Source: Cyanobacteria bacterium P01_A01_bin.123 (GTDB taxonomy: Bacteria > Cyanobacteriota > Cyanobacteriia > Phormidesmidales > Phormidesmidaceae). From it: a DNA stretch of 64,000 bases. The notes under the pieces were generated by a model. It saw nothing but the letters and a program-made list of their open reading frames with translations, did not search any database and was not told the DNA's origin. Location: the NCBI GenBank assembly GCA_039815185.1, contig JBCBZT010000019.1, positions 64,859 to 128,858 of the forward strand. Direction: 5' to 3'. Below are positions 50,093-59,897 of the stretch, in pieces (the stretch's first letter is position 1; every line of letters starts with the position of its first letter). The position numbers were made by a program, and so were the translations under genes.

Positions 50093-50570
50093 GAATCAAG
50101 GAAATATCTTTACAAGGATTTCAACTATGCGGATACATAATCCGTAAGTTTCTCCTGCATTAGGATATTGACTTTGTTTACGTCTATTCCTTTCGTTTTT
50201 TCGATGAGAAGCATCACGGGCTGAAAACAGAAATCAAGTAAAACCACGGCTATGAAATCAAGGTCTAGAAGTCAAAGAATACTGACACGCACCCGAGCAG
50301 CTGTCAGGTCTGTTCTTACTAAACAGACCTGAAAAATAAGCCTCTTAGGTTGAGTGGATAGCTAAGTTTTTCCAAAGTCCGACTATCAACTCAAGGCGAG
50401 AGTCATTCCCCAATCAGAAGTGCTTCTCTAACGATTGCCTCAGGCTTCAATTTAGATACTCATTGATGTTTTATGCGATCGCGTCAAAGCCTAATTAAGC
50501 ATTCAAGGCAATCATAATTTAGGTAAATGCACGGTCTAGCGTAAACCCGATCAGATATCCTACGCCAAAC

Positions 50571-50612
50571 AGCGTATATTATTTGCATTGTACCTGATGT
50601 ATCGTTCTTTAC
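50571..50612 (-). promoter_or_regulatory. Canonical NtcA-activated promoter
   Basis: Minus strand GTA-AAGAACGA-TAC (50612-50599), then exactly 22 nt, then TACGCT (TAN3T; 50576-50571); points toward the amt-kinase gene. Confidence 0.75.
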
Positions 50613-50792
50613 TTTAGTCGACCCTCTCTTTTTCTAGGTGATTGATTCCCAGGGTAAGGCAGCTCAGGGCACATGTTCACCGCAGAAAAGTTACACATGC
50701 CTGTATACGGTGTCAATGCATATGTCGTTTACACACCTCATGGACACCCCCGTTTTGAAAAGCCGTTACTGCACATCATCATGCCCTTTGAA

Positions 50793-50832
50793 CGTTTAGG
50801 GCCATGGCAGTAGCATGCCATGGCCCTAAACG
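50793..50832. terminator. 17-bp perfect stem-loop downstream of prk
   Basis: CGTTTAGGGCCATGGCA-gtagca-TGCCATGGCCCTAAACG. Confidence 0.65.
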
Positions 50833-50882
50833 CTATTGTGTCTGAAGTGCAAAATCAACCTCAATTGAGCTGGAGGTTAACC

Positions 50883-51887
50883 TTAGACCTTTGCCATATC
50901 CTCAGTCTTCACTTGAGTCAACCGCTCATAGGTTGATCGCATTTTTAAGCCAACCAGTACCTGGAACAAGCCAGTGCCGTTGCTAGACCCGGGGTATTCC
51001 CGGTGTTTCAGCAGCAGTTCGGTCATCTCACCATAGTGCTTGGTAGAGGTGTTGCTCAGGTGGCTCTCGATGTAAATCATCTCTTCGAGACGATCAAACT
51101 GGCCATCAACTTCCAATACCGAAACCTCGTTACCAAAGTAGGCATCGGGGCCGTAGTGCATGCGAATACCCGGATAAGAACAGGTCAGCTTACGACCACA
51201 AGGAATCCAATCGATGGTGGAACCTTCATCAAACAGATAAACTGGCGTGAAGCCTTCAACCCCTTCTTTCTGAATCAGGCGAACCCGCAGTACCTTGCGT
51301 TCTTCATCATCAGGAATCAGCTTAGTGGGCAATACCTGAATCACTACGTCGGCATATTGCTTCTGGACATCGATGTAGGCTTCAAAGTCGGGCTTACGGG
51401 CGTTGATTGACGCTAAAACGTCTTCATAGCGGTGGCCCCGCTCAGCCATATCACGCTGAATCTTCCAGGTGATTTTGACTTCGTCGCTGATGTCTAGATA
51501 AACGCTGAAATCGAGCAGCTCACGAACACGCTCATCAAACAGCGGGTGGAGACCTTCAATCACCACAACATGATTGGGATCAATACGCTCAGGGGGGTCA
51601 AGCAGACCAGTTTCATGGTTGTAGATTGGCTTGTCGATTGACTTACCCTCTTTCAGCGATTTGATTTGTTCGTACATCAAATCAAAATTGTTGGCCTTAG
51701 GATTCAAGGCTGTCACCCCAACTTTCTTACGCTGATAACGGTCTAGGCTATGGTAATCATCCAAGCAAATCACCGTCATGAAGTCTTCGCCAAACAAATC
51801 GGCGAGGCGACGCAAAAAAGTAGATTTTCCACAACCGGAGTCTCCGGCGACGCCTATCAGAACCACTCGGTCTGGCTTACTGGTCAT
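50883..51887 (-). CDS. prk: Phosphoribulokinase
   Basis: VLIGVAGDSGCGKSTF, ICLDDYHSLDR, KPIYNH, IQRDMAERGH, PCGRKLTCSYPG. Confidence 0.98.
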   Translation of the reverse strand: MTSKPDRVVLIGVAGDSGCGKSTFLRRLADLFGEDFMTVICLDDYHSLDRYQRKKVGVTALNPKANNFDLMYEQIKSLKEGKSIDKPIYNHETGLLDPPERIDPNHVVVIEGLHPLFDERVRELLDFSVYLDISDEVKITWKIQRDMAERGHRYEDVLASINARKPDFEAYIDVQKQYADVVIQVLPTKLIPDDEERKVLRVRLIQKEGVEGFTPVYLFDEGSTIDWIPCGRKLTCSYPGIRMHYGPDAYFGNEVSVLEVDGQFDRLEEMIYIESHLSNTSTKHYGEMTELLLKHREYPGSSNGTGLFQVLVGLKMRSTYERLTQVKTEDMAKV

Positions 51888-52278
51888 AACTTCCCTCTGA
51901 GATATAAACGAACACAACTAAAGCAATTAACTGAAACAACCCATCGGCCCTGGATAGCCGGAGCCCCCTGCCAAATGATTTGTCTGCCACCGAGCAAGAT
52001 GACTGCCCAATTCCCCTACCACACTCAAGGTCAAGCCTGCATAGGTCATCGCCCATCAATAAAGCTTCAACCCAAAGCTATAAAACCTATCTATTAAGCC
52101 TAGATCTATATATGTCTAGATTTGTGTTTAAGTGCATAGATTAAATGAGTATTAATACCATGTACTTAATGTGAATCGTACCAGAACGCGATCGCACCTA
52201 CAAGCGCAACTGCCAAGATTCCCAACAGTATTTTTCACTACAAAGCACTGATTACTGAATTGCCTTGCTTGGGCCGAT

Positions 52279-52725
52279 CTAATCGAGGTTCTGAGGGCGG
52301 GTTGGGGTCGGCAAGAATTGCTTGAGAATCTCAGCAGGAGAGCGATCCCACTGATCTACATGCTGCCACACCAATCCAGTTTCGGTCAGACTATAGGTCG
52401 AGGTACCGTTGAAATAAAGCTGCGTGTGCCAAGGCAATCGCAACCGACCGCGTACCGTCCAAGTTGCGAGCACCGTTTCTGCGTCGGCTGGTTCGACCTG
52501 ATGCAAATCAAAGTGTAGATCTGTAAAGAAAAGCTTGCCATGAAACCGCAGCGTCCAAAAAATAACGCGATAGCTGAACTTGCCGCGAAACCGATTCACC
52601 GGATCTTTGAACACAATATCGGGTGAATAGATATCGTATGAAATATCAGTTTCAAACAGCGTTGGCAACTCGGCATCAAGGGTCTCGATCACTCGCTTAA
52701 CTTGTTCGTCCGAAAGGGATATCAT
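52279..52725 (-). CDS. DUF2358 (NTF2-like) protein
   Basis: YDIYSPDIVFKDPVNRFRG...LRLPW...G.STY...HVDQW. Confidence 0.82.
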   Translation of the reverse strand: MISLSDEQVKRVIETLDAELPTLFETDISYDIYSPDIVFKDPVNRFRGKFSYRVIFWTLRFHGKLFFTDLHFDLHQVEPADAETVLATWTVRGRLRLPWHTQLYFNGTSTYSLTETGLVWQHVDQWDRSPAEILKQFLPTPTRPQNLD

Positions 52726-52902
52726 CACAAACAACTCGCTAAACCCAACTAAACCCAGCGATAAAGAGAAAAGCTGCACCGAATACGGCTAAAATCAGCA
52801 GCACTTGTCCAGCATTCCAACTGCCTTTCCAGGAGTAGTTTTTATCGGCCATGGTGCTCTTCTTCGACAACGCAACATATCACTATGCTAACGAAGTCTT
52901 AA

Positions 52903-53988
52903 CTAAGAAGGGGTCACCGCAGAGCTTTTAGGCTTGGCAAAGATCATCCGTCCTGCCGAAGTTTGCAACGCCCCGGTGACCACAACAGTCAATTCATCAC
53001 CGATGAAGCCTTTGCCTTCTTCTACTACCACCATGGTGCCGTCGTTGAGGTAACCGACCCCTTGAGAGGCTTCTTTGCCTTGCTTGAGAATCTTCAGATC
53101 AATGTCATCACCGGGTAGGTAGGTGGGGCGGATAGCCTGGGCCAGATCGTTGATATTGAGTACGGTCACCTGTTGAACGCTGGCGACTTTATTCAAGTTG
53201 TAATCGTTGGTCAGTAGGGCCGCGTTGAGTTCCTGCGCCAGTTTGACTAACTTTGCATCTACCGTAGGAATATCGTCATAATCAGCTGGGTTAATTAGCA
53301 GCCGATCAGGATAGGCATCGCGCATGCTGTTTAGGATGTCTAGGCCCCGTCTGCCTCGGGTGCGCTTTTGGTCGTTGGAGGCATCGGCCACCTGTTGCAA
53401 TTCTTCGAGGACAAACTTGGGAATCAGCAACTGCCCTTCCAAAAAATTAGCCTCCAGCAGGCCTTCAATGCGGCCATCAATAATACAGCTCGTGTCTAAG
53501 ATCTTGGTAGCAGCGGGCTTCAGGGTGCCTTCGGCCAACAGCACTGACTCTAAACTATTGGGATTAATTAACCGCAGCAGCGATCGCCCGTTGGTATCCG
53601 CTAAATTCGTCCCGGAGACCGCAAATACAATGCTGCCCAACACTGCTGTTAGGGGTTTGATAAAGCCAAACGCGGGGGGAATCGGCAATAAAAACAGTGG
53701 GGCCAGCATCAAGTTAGCAATCAATAGGCCGACTACCAGACCAATGGCCCGGCTCAGCAACCGATCGGGTGGCATCTCTCGAATCTGCCGTTCAATTCGA
53801 CGATAGCTGGTTTGAAACACCAGCCCTACGCTACCCCCGATCAGCGCTCCAAACCCAGCGGTTACGGAGCTCAATCCTTCTAAATTCGTGACTTGGGTTA
53901 AGGCCGATTCTGGCAACAGGTCGACACCATAGAAGCCAATGCCTGCCCCTGCCAGGATAAATGAAAAGACAATAATGGCATCAAGCAT
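52903..53988 (-). CDS. Membrane PIN/TRAM domain protein (YacL-like)
   Basis: N-terminal TMs; LDTSCIIDGR, RGRRGLDIL, TNDYNLNKVA, QGVGYLNDGTMVVVE, QTSAGRMIFA. Confidence 0.92.
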   Translation of the reverse strand: MLDAIIVFSFILAGAGIGFYGVDLLPESALTQVTNLEGLSSVTAGFGALIGGSVGLVFQTSYRRIERQIREMPPDRLLSRAIGLVVGLLIANLMLAPLFLLPIPPAFGFIKPLTAVLGSIVFAVSGTNLADTNGRSLLRLINPNSLESVLLAEGTLKPAATKILDTSCIIDGRIEGLLEANFLEGQLLIPKFVLEELQQVADASNDQKRTRGRRGLDILNSMRDAYPDRLLINPADYDDIPTVDAKLVKLAQELNAALLTNDYNLNKVASVQQVTVLNINDLAQAIRPTYLPGDDIDLKILKQGKEASQGVGYLNDGTMVVVEEGKGFIGDELTVVVTGALQTSAGRMIFAKPKSSAVTPS

Positions 53989-54232
53989 AGGGCTCAGCGT
54001 TAAAGGCTTAGGAACAGTCAAACTAAACAACAATAGAGGCACATAATACCTCACTCGACCCGTCTACCATCCTGGTCAGCGATACTAGGTGTGGCGCTGG
54101 TTCAACATGACTGGCAAGCCCAATTGAAAACACCGACTTAGTGAGCCGATTTGGCCTGCCAATTTGGTTAGCCTCATTATAATCGTACGCCTTGCATTCC
54201 CTTGGGTTAGCGCAGCAAAGATCAATATAACG

Positions 54233-55468
54233 ATGTCTGTTTCAACCCCTACTCGGTCTGTCCCTCCTGAGCTCATGGCGCCCCCTCGGTCAGCCTATGT
54301 GCACATCCCGTTTTGTCGTCGGCGCTGTTATTACTGTGATTTCCCAATTTCTGTCGTCGGCGATCGCCGACGGGGTGAAACCTCAGGCACCATGGCCCAA
54401 TATGTCGCCTACCTGTGTCAAGAGATTAAATCGACCCCAGCTTTGGGTGTCCCCCTTACGACAGTCTTTTTGGGCGGCGGTACCCCTTCTTTACTATCTG
54501 TTGCTCAATTAACGACTGTTTTAGAGGTGATTGACCAACAGTTTGGCATCGCCCGAGACGCCGAAATTTCCATGGAGATGGATCCTGGAACCTTTGATTT
54601 AAGCCACGTTCGGGGCTATCGCCAGGGGGGGATAAATCGAATCAGCTTAGGCGTGCAGGCTTTTCAATCCGAGCTACTGCAAGCCTGCGGTCGCACCCAC
54701 AGTGTTGCAGATATTGACCTGGCCTTTGACTTGCTGCACCAGGCGGCAACTCCCAATATCAGCCTTGATCTGATTTCGGGATTACCCTATCAAACCCAGG
54801 AAATCTGGGCAGACTCCTTGGCACAGGCGATCGCGCTTAAACCCCACCACATTTCGGTATATGACCTCACCGTTGAACCCCAAACGGCTTTTGGCAAATG
54901 GTATCAAGCGGGGCAAACACCGCTGCCTGCCGACGAACTAACCGTGGACATGTACCGTTTGGCTCAAGACACCCTCACTGCTGCTGGCTATCACCACTAC
55001 GAAATCTCCAACTATGCCCAACCCGGGCACCGATGCCGTCACAATCTAACGTATTGGAAAAATCAACCTTACTACGGCTTTGGCATGGGTGCCACCAGCT
55101 ATGTGCACAACCAGCGCTTTAGCCGACCGCGCACGATCCGGGCCTACAGGGAGTGGGTTGAGCAATATAAAATGCACTGGGGGGCGATCGCCTGTGAAAC
55201 GACCCCAATCGTTGAAACGTTATTGGATCAGGTGATGGTTGGCTTGCGCCTGGCCGACGGCATTTCCCTTAAACAGATCGGGGAACGCTATGGCGAAACT
55301 GGGCGCGATCGCCTCTTAAAAAGCCTGTATGCCTTTAAGAACAAGGGTTGGATCATCTTTGACTCAGACACTATTCGACTTAGCGATCCCGAAGGTTTTC
55401 TATTCTCCAATGTTGTCCTGACAGCTGTATTTGAGCAGCTCTCTGAAGTCAATATTGAACACTTTTAG
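54233..55468 (+). CDS. hemW: Radical SAM heme chaperone HemW (HemN-like)
   Basis: YVHIPFCRRRCYYCDF, GGGTPS, YEISNY, HNLTYW signature. Confidence 0.9.
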   Translation: MSVSTPTRSVPPELMAPPRSAYVHIPFCRRRCYYCDFPISVVGDRRRGETSGTMAQYVAYLCQEIKSTPALGVPLTTVFLGGGTPSLLSVAQLTTVLEVIDQQFGIARDAEISMEMDPGTFDLSHVRGYRQGGINRISLGVQAFQSELLQACGRTHSVADIDLAFDLLHQAATPNISLDLISGLPYQTQEIWADSLAQAIALKPHHISVYDLTVEPQTAFGKWYQAGQTPLPADELTVDMYRLAQDTLTAAGYHHYEISNYAQPGHRCRHNLTYWKNQPYYGFGMGATSYVHNQRFSRPRTIRAYREWVEQYKMHWGAIACETTPIVETLLDQVMVGLRLADGISLKQIGERYGETGRDRLLKSLYAFKNKGWIIFDSDTIRLSDPEGFLFSNVVLTAVFEQLSEVNIEHF

Positions 55469-55694
55469 CACAGCCAATGGATCTGATCTGTTAGAGAGCC
55501 AATCGGTATCGGTGTCCTCAAGCCAATATTTTTAGGGTGATACCAGGATTTTTGCGAATCACTCGCCTACACCAGCAGTCTTGTCGGCACCGCATTGTTT
55601 TGCAACATTTATTACAAAATCTCTCAGGGTTTGAGCTTAAGGAGGGCCTACCTCTACAGTAAAATGTCTCCTTGTGACAACCCGTAATTGAACC

Positions 55695-57281
55695 ATGCCC
55701 AAGGTCCTTGTTTCCGACCCGATTGATCAAGCTGGGATCGACATCCTCTCCCAGGTTGCACAAGTTGATATTAAAACCAAGCTTCCCCCAGAAGAGTTAG
55801 TCAAACTCATTCCTGACTACGATGCATTGATGATTCGTTCTGGTACCCGCGTTACCCAAGCGGTGATTGATGCTAGCACTAAGCTCAAAATTATTGGCCG
55901 AGCTGGCGTCGGGGTCGATAACGTGGATGTGGCCGCAGCGACCCGTCGCGGCATTGTGGTGGTCAATTCCCCAGAAGGAAACACCATTGCTGCTGCTGAA
56001 CATGCGCTGGCCATGATGCTCTCCCTCTCGCGCCATATCCCCACTGCCGATCAATCAGTCAAGGCAAACCAGTGGGATCGCAAACGCTTTACCGGCGTTG
56101 AAGTTTATAAAAAGACCCTAGGGGTTGTAGGGCTGGGCAAAATTGGCTCCCATGTGGCAACGGTTGCCCGGTCTATGGGCATGAATTTGTTGGCTTATGA
56201 CCCCTTTATTTCTACTGAGCGCGCCGAAGAATTGGGGTGTCGCCTAGTAGAGATTAACCTGCTGCTGCGGGAATCGGACTATGTGACGCTGCACCTCCCC
56301 AAAACTGCTGAAACGACTCATTTAATCAACGCAGAAACCCTAGCGCAGATGAAACCCACGGCACGCATCATCAACTGTGCTCGGGGGGGCATCATTGATG
56401 AGGCAGCCCTCGCGATCGCCCTTAAAGAAGGCCAAATTGCAGGTGCAGCTCTAGATGTCTATGAAACAGAGCCCCTGGGTGAATCACCCCTGCGGGAACT
56501 AGGCCGTTCGGTCATTTTGACGCCCCACTTGGGGGCCTCTACCGAGGAAGCCCAAGTCAACGTTGCCATTGATGTGGCAGAACAAATTCGAGACGTGCTG
56601 CTAGGGCTGCCTGCCCGCTCAGCCGTTAATATTCCTGGGTTGCGCCCCGATGTCTTAGAAAAGCTAGGCCCCTATCTGCAACTGGCTGAAACCCTAGGCA
56701 ACTTAGTCGGGCAGTTGGCAGGCGGTCGAGTTGAATCCTTAGAGGTGAAATTTCAGGGAGAACTGGCCACCTTTGACAGCAAACCAATCATGGTTGCCGC
56801 GCTCAAGGGAATGCTTTCCCATGCTTTGCAAGAGCGAGTGAACTACGTCAATGCCAACATTGAGGCTAAAGAACGGGGCATCCACGTCATTGAAACCAAA
56901 GACGACGCCATCAAAGACTATACGGGCTCGTTGAGATTGACGGCGAGGGGGTCTCTGGGGCAACATGCCGTGACTGGGGTGCTGTTGGGCGGCACTGAAA
57001 TTCGGGTTACCGATATTGATGAGTTCCCCATTAACGTACCCCCTACCCCCTACATGCTGTTTACGCTACACCGAGATATGCCCGGTATCATCGGGCTAAT
57101 TGGTTCTCTGCTGGGCAGCCACAACGTCAATATTGCCAGCATGCAAGTGGGTCGCAAAATTGTGCGGGGAGATGCTGTGATGGTGTTGAGTATCGATGAT
57201 CCCCTACCAGAAGGTATCCTAGCAGAGATAACAAAAGTAGCCGGGGTTCGCGATGCGTACACCGTAACGCTATCGATGTAA
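55695..57281 (+). CDS. serA: D-3-phosphoglycerate dehydrogenase
   Basis: GRAGVGVDN, GLGKIG, INCARGG, TPHLGAST, C-terminal ACT domain. Confidence 0.97.
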   Translation: MPKVLVSDPIDQAGIDILSQVAQVDIKTKLPPEELVKLIPDYDALMIRSGTRVTQAVIDASTKLKIIGRAGVGVDNVDVAAATRRGIVVVNSPEGNTIAAAEHALAMMLSLSRHIPTADQSVKANQWDRKRFTGVEVYKKTLGVVGLGKIGSHVATVARSMGMNLLAYDPFISTERAEELGCRLVEINLLLRESDYVTLHLPKTAETTHLINAETLAQMKPTARIINCARGGIIDEAALAIALKEGQIAGAALDVYETEPLGESPLRELGRSVILTPHLGASTEEAQVNVAIDVAEQIRDVLLGLPARSAVNIPGLRPDVLEKLGPYLQLAETLGNLVGQLAGGRVESLEVKFQGELATFDSKPIMVAALKGMLSHALQERVNYVNANIEAKERGIHVIETKDDAIKDYTGSLRLTARGSLGQHAVTGVLLGGTEIRVTDIDEFPINVPPTPYMLFTLHRDMPGIIGLIGSLLGSHNVNIASMQVGRKIVRGDAVMVLSIDDPLPEGILAEITKVAGVRDAYTVTLSM

Positions 57282-57448
57282 CCTTGGCCACAGCCAGATG
57301 ACAGCTCTCCTGAGCTAAAAACTCAAGGGTTTTACCGGTAAGGACGCACGGGATCTTGCGTCCTCTATCAAGGTTTCAATCTGATGTGGCTTGGCATGCT
57401 CTCGATATCAGGCAGACCCTTTACCCTTACAGCGAGGCAACGTTAACC

Positions 57449-58339
57449 TTGGTCAACAGCTGGTGGGAAATCAAAGTCCTATGTGCCCCGGCCCTAGAAG
57501 ATCTCGTCTTTTGGCGATTTGAAACCTATAGCGGCCGGGGAACTTCCAGCCAAAAAAGGGGGGTGAAGCATTGGGTGAAGGCTTATTTCCCCCAAGAACA
57601 ATTTCAAATGCTCGATCTAGCCGCGATCGCGTTGCTACTGAGACAAGATGCCCTCTGTGCCGAACTGCCCATACCCCTGGTGGAATGGCAACTGATCGAT
57701 GAAGAAGACTGGGCCAAAAGTTGGAAGCAGCACTGGCAGCCCCAGGAAATTGGCGATCGCTTTCTTATTAACCCTGCGTGGTTAGAAGCACCTAAAAACA
57801 GCGATCGCTTGATACTGAGTATGGATCCAGGGACAGCCTTTGGCACTGGTGCCCATGCCACCACGCAGCTCTGTTTAGAGTCTTTAGAAATGCGCCTGGG
57901 TGACGGCGCTGAAAGTTCCGTATTAGCTGATATTGGCTGCGGTTCTGGCGTGCTTTCCATTGGTGCGCTGCTGCTTGGTGCCCAAAAGGCCTATGCCGTA
58001 GATGTTGACCCCCTGGCAGTCCGATCTACCCAGGAAAATCGGGAGCTTAACCATATCAACCCAGAACACCTCTGGATCCAGCAGGGCAGTCTAGATACGC
58101 TCATCAAACACTTACCCGCCCCGGTGGATGGAATCCTTTGCAATATTTTGGCCGAGGTGATTCTTGATTTGATTCCAAGTATGGCGGAGATCGCAAAGCC
58201 TACTGCCTGGGGCATCTTGAGCGGTATTTTGCTGGATCAATCCAAAATCGTCGCCGATACCCTCGAAGATAATGGCTGGATCGTCGCGACCCTCTGGCGA
58301 CGCAAAGAGTGGTGCTGTCTTAACATTCGGCGGTCTTAG
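57449..58339 (+). CDS. prmA: Ribosomal protein L11 methyltransferase
   Basis: [42 protein letters not shown]; probable TTG start with GAGG RBS. Confidence 0.93.
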   Translation: MVNSWWEIKVLCAPALEDLVFWRFETYSGRGTSSQKRGVKHWVKAYFPQEQFQMLDLAAIALLLRQDALCAELPIPLVEWQLIDEEDWAKSWKQHWQPQEIGDRFLINPAWLEAPKNSDRLILSMDPGTAFGTGAHATTQLCLESLEMRLGDGAESSVLADIGCGSGVLSIGALLLGAQKAYAVDVDPLAVRSTQENRELNHINPEHLWIQQGSLDTLIKHLPAPVDGILCNILAEVILDLIPSMAEIAKPTAWGILSGILLDQSKIVADTLEDNGWIVATLWRRKEWCCLNIRRS

Positions 58340-58455
58340 CGCGTCGGTGATGTCGAGGGAGGGGGGAATTTTCGTAAGGGCCAAGGGGTCAGGGATTGGT
58401 TCTGCCCTTGCTGTTCTTGCCATCAGATTGATGAATTACTGGCGGCCATCAAGTT

Positions 58456-58641
58456 ATGGATACTGTATTTTTCCTAGCGAAGCTCCTGATTTTATCAGCT
58501 GTGATTTCAGGATTAATTAAATGGAGCGGCCCCCTATTGCCGATTTTACCTACCCCGTTAACTAGCGTAGTGATGGTATTGACGCCAACGGTGGTAATGG
58601 GGCTTTGGCTGGGATGGCAATGGCAGCAGAGACGCGATTAA
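58456..58641 (+). CDS. Small two-TM hypothetical protein
   Basis: 61-aa hydrophobic ORF; stop codon lies at the centre of a palindrome. Confidence 0.6.
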   Translation: MDTVFFLAKLLILSAVISGLIKWSGPLLPILPTPLTSVVMVLTPTVVMGLWLGWQWQQRRD

Positions 58642-58653
58642 TCGCGTCTCTGC
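58626..58653. repeat. Perfect 28-bp palindrome (cyanobacterial short dispersed repeat-like)
   Basis: GCAGAGACGCGATTAATCGCGTCTCTGC. Confidence 0.8.
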
Positions 58654-58691
58654 CTCACCTTTTACACGGCTCATTATGATTAGATCTTGCC

Positions 58692-59897
58692 ATGCGCACC
58701 CTGCTTGAAATTAACGACAAGATTCAACGACAGCAGGCAGTGGTCTGGACGATCGAAGAGTTTAAGCAACGGGCGGCGGATGTGGGCGTGGCTAAGGCGG
58801 CTCAGCAGGTGGACGTGGTGACAACCGGCACCTTTGAACCGATGGAGTCTTCCGGGGCGATTTTGAATTTGGGCCACACCGACCCACCGATTAAAATTCG
58901 CCAGTGCCAAATTGATGGAGTGTCTGCCTATGCTGGGTTTGGGGCGGTGGATTTGTACCTGGGCGCGTCTCAAATGGCGGATGTCAGTTGGTTTGGAGAC
59001 GCCAGTGTCGATCCCCAAGAAACTCGCGAACGGGGTGGGGGGCATGTGATTGCCGATTTAATTGCCGATCAGCCTGTGCAGCTCCGGGCCTTAGGGCATG
59101 TGACCGACTGTTACCCCCGCGCTAGCTTTGAAACCACGATTACCCGCAACACAATTAACCAGTTTTATCTGTTTAATCCGCGAAACCTCTATCAGAACTT
59201 TATTGTCGGGGTCAACGGTGGCGATCGCCCCCTCGCGACCTATCTTGGCCCCCTGCAACCGCGCTTGGGGAATGCCATCTATGCCAATCCCGGTGCTGTC
59301 TCCCCCCTGATCAACGATCCTGATTTGCAGGTAATTGGCATCGGCACCCGGATTTTCTTTGGGGGCGGCATCGGCTATATCGCCTGGGAGGGCACCCAAC
59401 ACTTTCCGTTGCAAAAACGTCTGCCTAATCGTACTCCCATCGGCCCCGCCGCAACCGCTGCCTTGATTGGTAATGCCAAGCAAATGACGGCTCGCTGGGT
59501 GCGGGGCTGCTATTTCAAAGGCTATGGCCCTTCGATTATGTTGGGGGTAGGGGTGCCGATTCCGATGTTGAACGAACAGGTCGCTCAGCACTGTGCCGTT
59601 AAGGATAATGAGATTGTCGCCCCAGTGGTGGACTTTTCGATTCCCCGCCGAGTACGACCCACCTTTGGTCTGGTGAGCTACGCTCAACTTAAAAGCGGGC
59701 GGATCAAAGTTGATGGTCAGCCGGTACGTACAGCACCCCTAGCCAGTCTCTATCTGTCTCGCCAAGTTGCCCTGGAATTGAAACAGTGGATTGCAGACGG
59801 TCGCTTTGAACTGACGGAATCAGTCGCGCCTTTACCCAGCGATCGCCGCTTTATGCCTCAGGATGTCTGGGGAGCACAGATGAACTTGGATACTTAA
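58692..59897 (+). CDS. DUF39 / homocysteine biosynthesis sulfur-incorporation family protein
   Basis: RTL.EINDKI, VDVVTTGTF, NLGHTDPP, GGGHVI.DL, LFNPRN.YQN, IGIGTRIF.GG, GTQH. Confidence 0.85.
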   Translation: MRTLLEINDKIQRQQAVVWTIEEFKQRAADVGVAKAAQQVDVVTTGTFEPMESSGAILNLGHTDPPIKIRQCQIDGVSAYAGFGAVDLYLGASQMADVSWFGDASVDPQETRERGGGHVIADLIADQPVQLRALGHVTDCYPRASFETTITRNTINQFYLFNPRNLYQNFIVGVNGGDRPLATYLGPLQPRLGNAIYANPGAVSPLINDPDLQVIGIGTRIFFGGGIGYIAWEGTQHFPLQKRLPNRTPIGPAATAALIGNAKQMTARWVRGCYFKGYGPSIMLGVGVPIPMLNEQVAQHCAVKDNEIVAPVVDFSIPRRVRPTFGLVSYAQLKSGRIKVDGQPVRTAPLASLYLSRQVALELKQWIADGRFELTESVAPLPSDRRFMPQDVWGAQMNLDT

